Position numbers and translations under genes: made by a program. The notes under the pieces were generated by a model. It was not told the origin of the DNA, did no database searches, and worked only from the letters and a program-made list of their open reading frames with translations. Shown here piece by piece: positions 36,731 to 38,774 of a DNA stretch of 38,774 bases. Location of the stretch: assembly GCF_001194135.2 (NCBI RefSeq), contig NC_068983.1, positions 108,061,488-108,100,261 of the forward strand, given 5' to 3'. Every line of letters starts with the position of its first letter. Positions within the stretch are counted from its first letter, which is position 1. This DNA is from Octopus bimaculoides (lineage: Eukaryota).

Positions 36731-36810
36731 TACATACATATGAACACATCCATCTGTATACATGCAAAGATATATATTCACACGCACATTCATACATACA
36801 GTTAAATATG

Positions 36811-36888
<78 letters not shown>

Positions 36889-37639
36889 NNNNNNNNNNAG
36901 AGAGAGAGTGGGAGAGAGAGAGAGAGGGAGAGAGAGAGAGGGAGAGAGAGAAAGAGAGAGAGAGAGGGAGAGAGAGAGAGAAAGTAAGAGAGAAAAAGAT
37001 ACATAGATCAAACTCATTTCTTCCTGACATGACTTAGTTTGAAGATTCCTGATGAAATGGCATGTAATTTAGCATGTGTAATAATGATATAATATATTAA
37101 GTGAAATAAATTGCCATGCTATTGAAACATCTGTAGCATATATTGCAGTGTTCATATCTATTTATCATTTATGATATTTGTTCACTGTATGGTATATGCA
37201 GCTAATATTTTGACTGGGATTGGTGTTGCAGAGTACCCAATATTATTAATCAAGTCAAGATTACATCATTTATTCTACTGACATGATGATGAAATAGAGT
37301 GTTTATCCGTTTACCTACAGAGTACAATGCTAGCCACCTACATGCTGGAAGCTATGGCACTAATAACTACAATCATTAAGATCTATACCAAGTATTATAT
37401 ATGTATACTGGAAGAAATACATATGTCTGAATATAATTTATATAAGTATATATATAAACACATATATATATAGGCATATATATATATATATATATATGTA
37501 AAGCCACCAGATCTTGTTGAGACATCCAGCCCATGCCAACATGAAGCTAAATTTTAAATGGTAATGATGATAAAGATGATGACATTACACACACACACAT
37601 GCAATTTTGGATTCATGTCAAAGGTGAATATTTCTATCA

Positions 37640-37850
37640 GGCTTGGTTGACCAATGCCTTGAGAGTAAATCTGGTTGACTCAACTTGTATTATGACTGGT
37701 CGATCTGTGTTTTGAAAAGCCTGTGAAATATAAAAATTCCTTACCTCAAACACGGGTGAAGGTTGATGACAGGAAGAGCATAAGGCCGTGAAAATCCTGC
37801 CTCAACATCAATTCCTACTCAAGCTCTGTTACCATAAAGAAAAAACATTG
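37640..37850 (+). mobile_element. Decayed SINE or RTE-tailed repeat
   Basis: ccttacctcaaacacgggtgaaggttgatgacaggaagagcat...gtgaaaatcctgcctcaac resembles the aggaagggcatccagc block at 11.76 kb. Confidence 0.5.
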
Positions 37851-37998
37851 ACTTATCGAACGTGATATATATCTTACATACAAATACATGAGTATGCATA
37901 TGCATATACATATATAGAATATATATCATTTAATATACACAGTATTTAAATAAGAATTACTAATAGCTACATGCCATGTGAATATGATGGTTTGATGT

Positions 37999-38141
37999 AT
38001 ATAACATGCTTTGTGTCTCCAAGCAACCTTCAGGCTCAGTGCACATGGTTAGTCCTATTTGAAAACCAAGATGCTGGTCAATGAAAAAACCTTTGAGCAC
38101 TGAGCCTGAAGGACTGCTTGGTGACACAAGGCATATTACAT
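37999..38141. repeat. 143-bp inverted repeat: ~44-bp arms, perfect 16-bp inner stem, 54-nt loop
   Basis: ccttcaggctcagtgc (38027-38042) and gcactgagcctgaagg (38097-38112); outer arms continue with a few mismatches. Confidence 0.8.
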
Positions 38142-38189
38142 AAATCTGCAAAATTATTACTTCCACACACACACACACACATATATGTG

Positions 38190-38400
38190 TGAAGGTGTGT
38201 GCTCTGGAGGTTAGTTTACTACTCTCATGATCTCAAGATCATGATTTCAATTACCAGACCAGTGGTGTATTGTGTTCTTCATTTCACATTGGTCCAGTCA
38301 ATTCAGCTGTAAATGGGTAATTCTATGACAGACAGGCATTCTGTTCAGCAGTGATATTGGACTGCCTGTGCAGCCTGTAGGATTATAGCATTCAGAAGCT
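38190..38400 (+). mobile_element. Highly decayed tRNA-derived SINE; another head fragment at 38595-38740
   Basis: A-box and B-box-like head after a (CA)/(GT) run, then ccagtcaattcagctgtaaatggg resembling a SINE body. Confidence 0.4.
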
Positions 38401-38774
38401 ACAACAGTGTGAGAAAGTGCATTGCTATTAGTGGGATATAGCAACATCTAATAACCTGGTTGATACAATCATTATGTGTGTGTGTGTGTGTGTGTGTGCG
38501 TGCGTGTGCGTGCTCACACACACATGCACATATATACATGCACTCTCACAGACACACACCAATATACATAACCCTACTTGCATACACATATACAAACATG
38601 CTGACATATATGTGCAGGCACAGCTCATGTGATTCCAAGTTCAGTTCCATACCAAGAATCCTCTGCAATTTCTTCTGCTACAACCCTGAACCAACACAAT
38701 TCTTTCATGAGATGGTAAACTAAAAGAGAGAAGCCCATCCCACACACACAAACACGTGTATGTGTGTGTGTATG

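Overview
AT-rich animal genomic DNA, dense in (TA)n, (CA)n and (GA)n microsatellites, with five N-gaps. It is most likely an octopus (coleoid cephalopod) draft scaffold. That is an inference from base composition and from SINE and RTE families I recognise from memory; no search was run. No complete protein-coding gene can be read. Most ORFs in the supplied track are microsatellite or transposon artefacts. The window is mainly decayed mobile elements: a Tc1-type transposon with DD36E spacing, RTE, CR1/L2, RLE-type and Penelope retroelement fragments, tRNA-derived SINEs and several MITE or foldback elements. A few splice-site-bounded candidate exons and a CpG-retaining, promoter-like patch (29.46-29.94 kb) suggest parts are intronic. 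The best unexplained structure is a ~695-bp foldback (23679-24373) of two inverted ~331-bp arms. Each arm carries a minimal type I hammerhead ribozyme motif with a palindromic helix III and a non-canonical U4C core, the architecture known from Penelope-like element terminal repeats. Just upstream is a structurally complete 655-bp Merlin-like MITE with an 8-bp target-site duplication and internal TTAGGG repeats.
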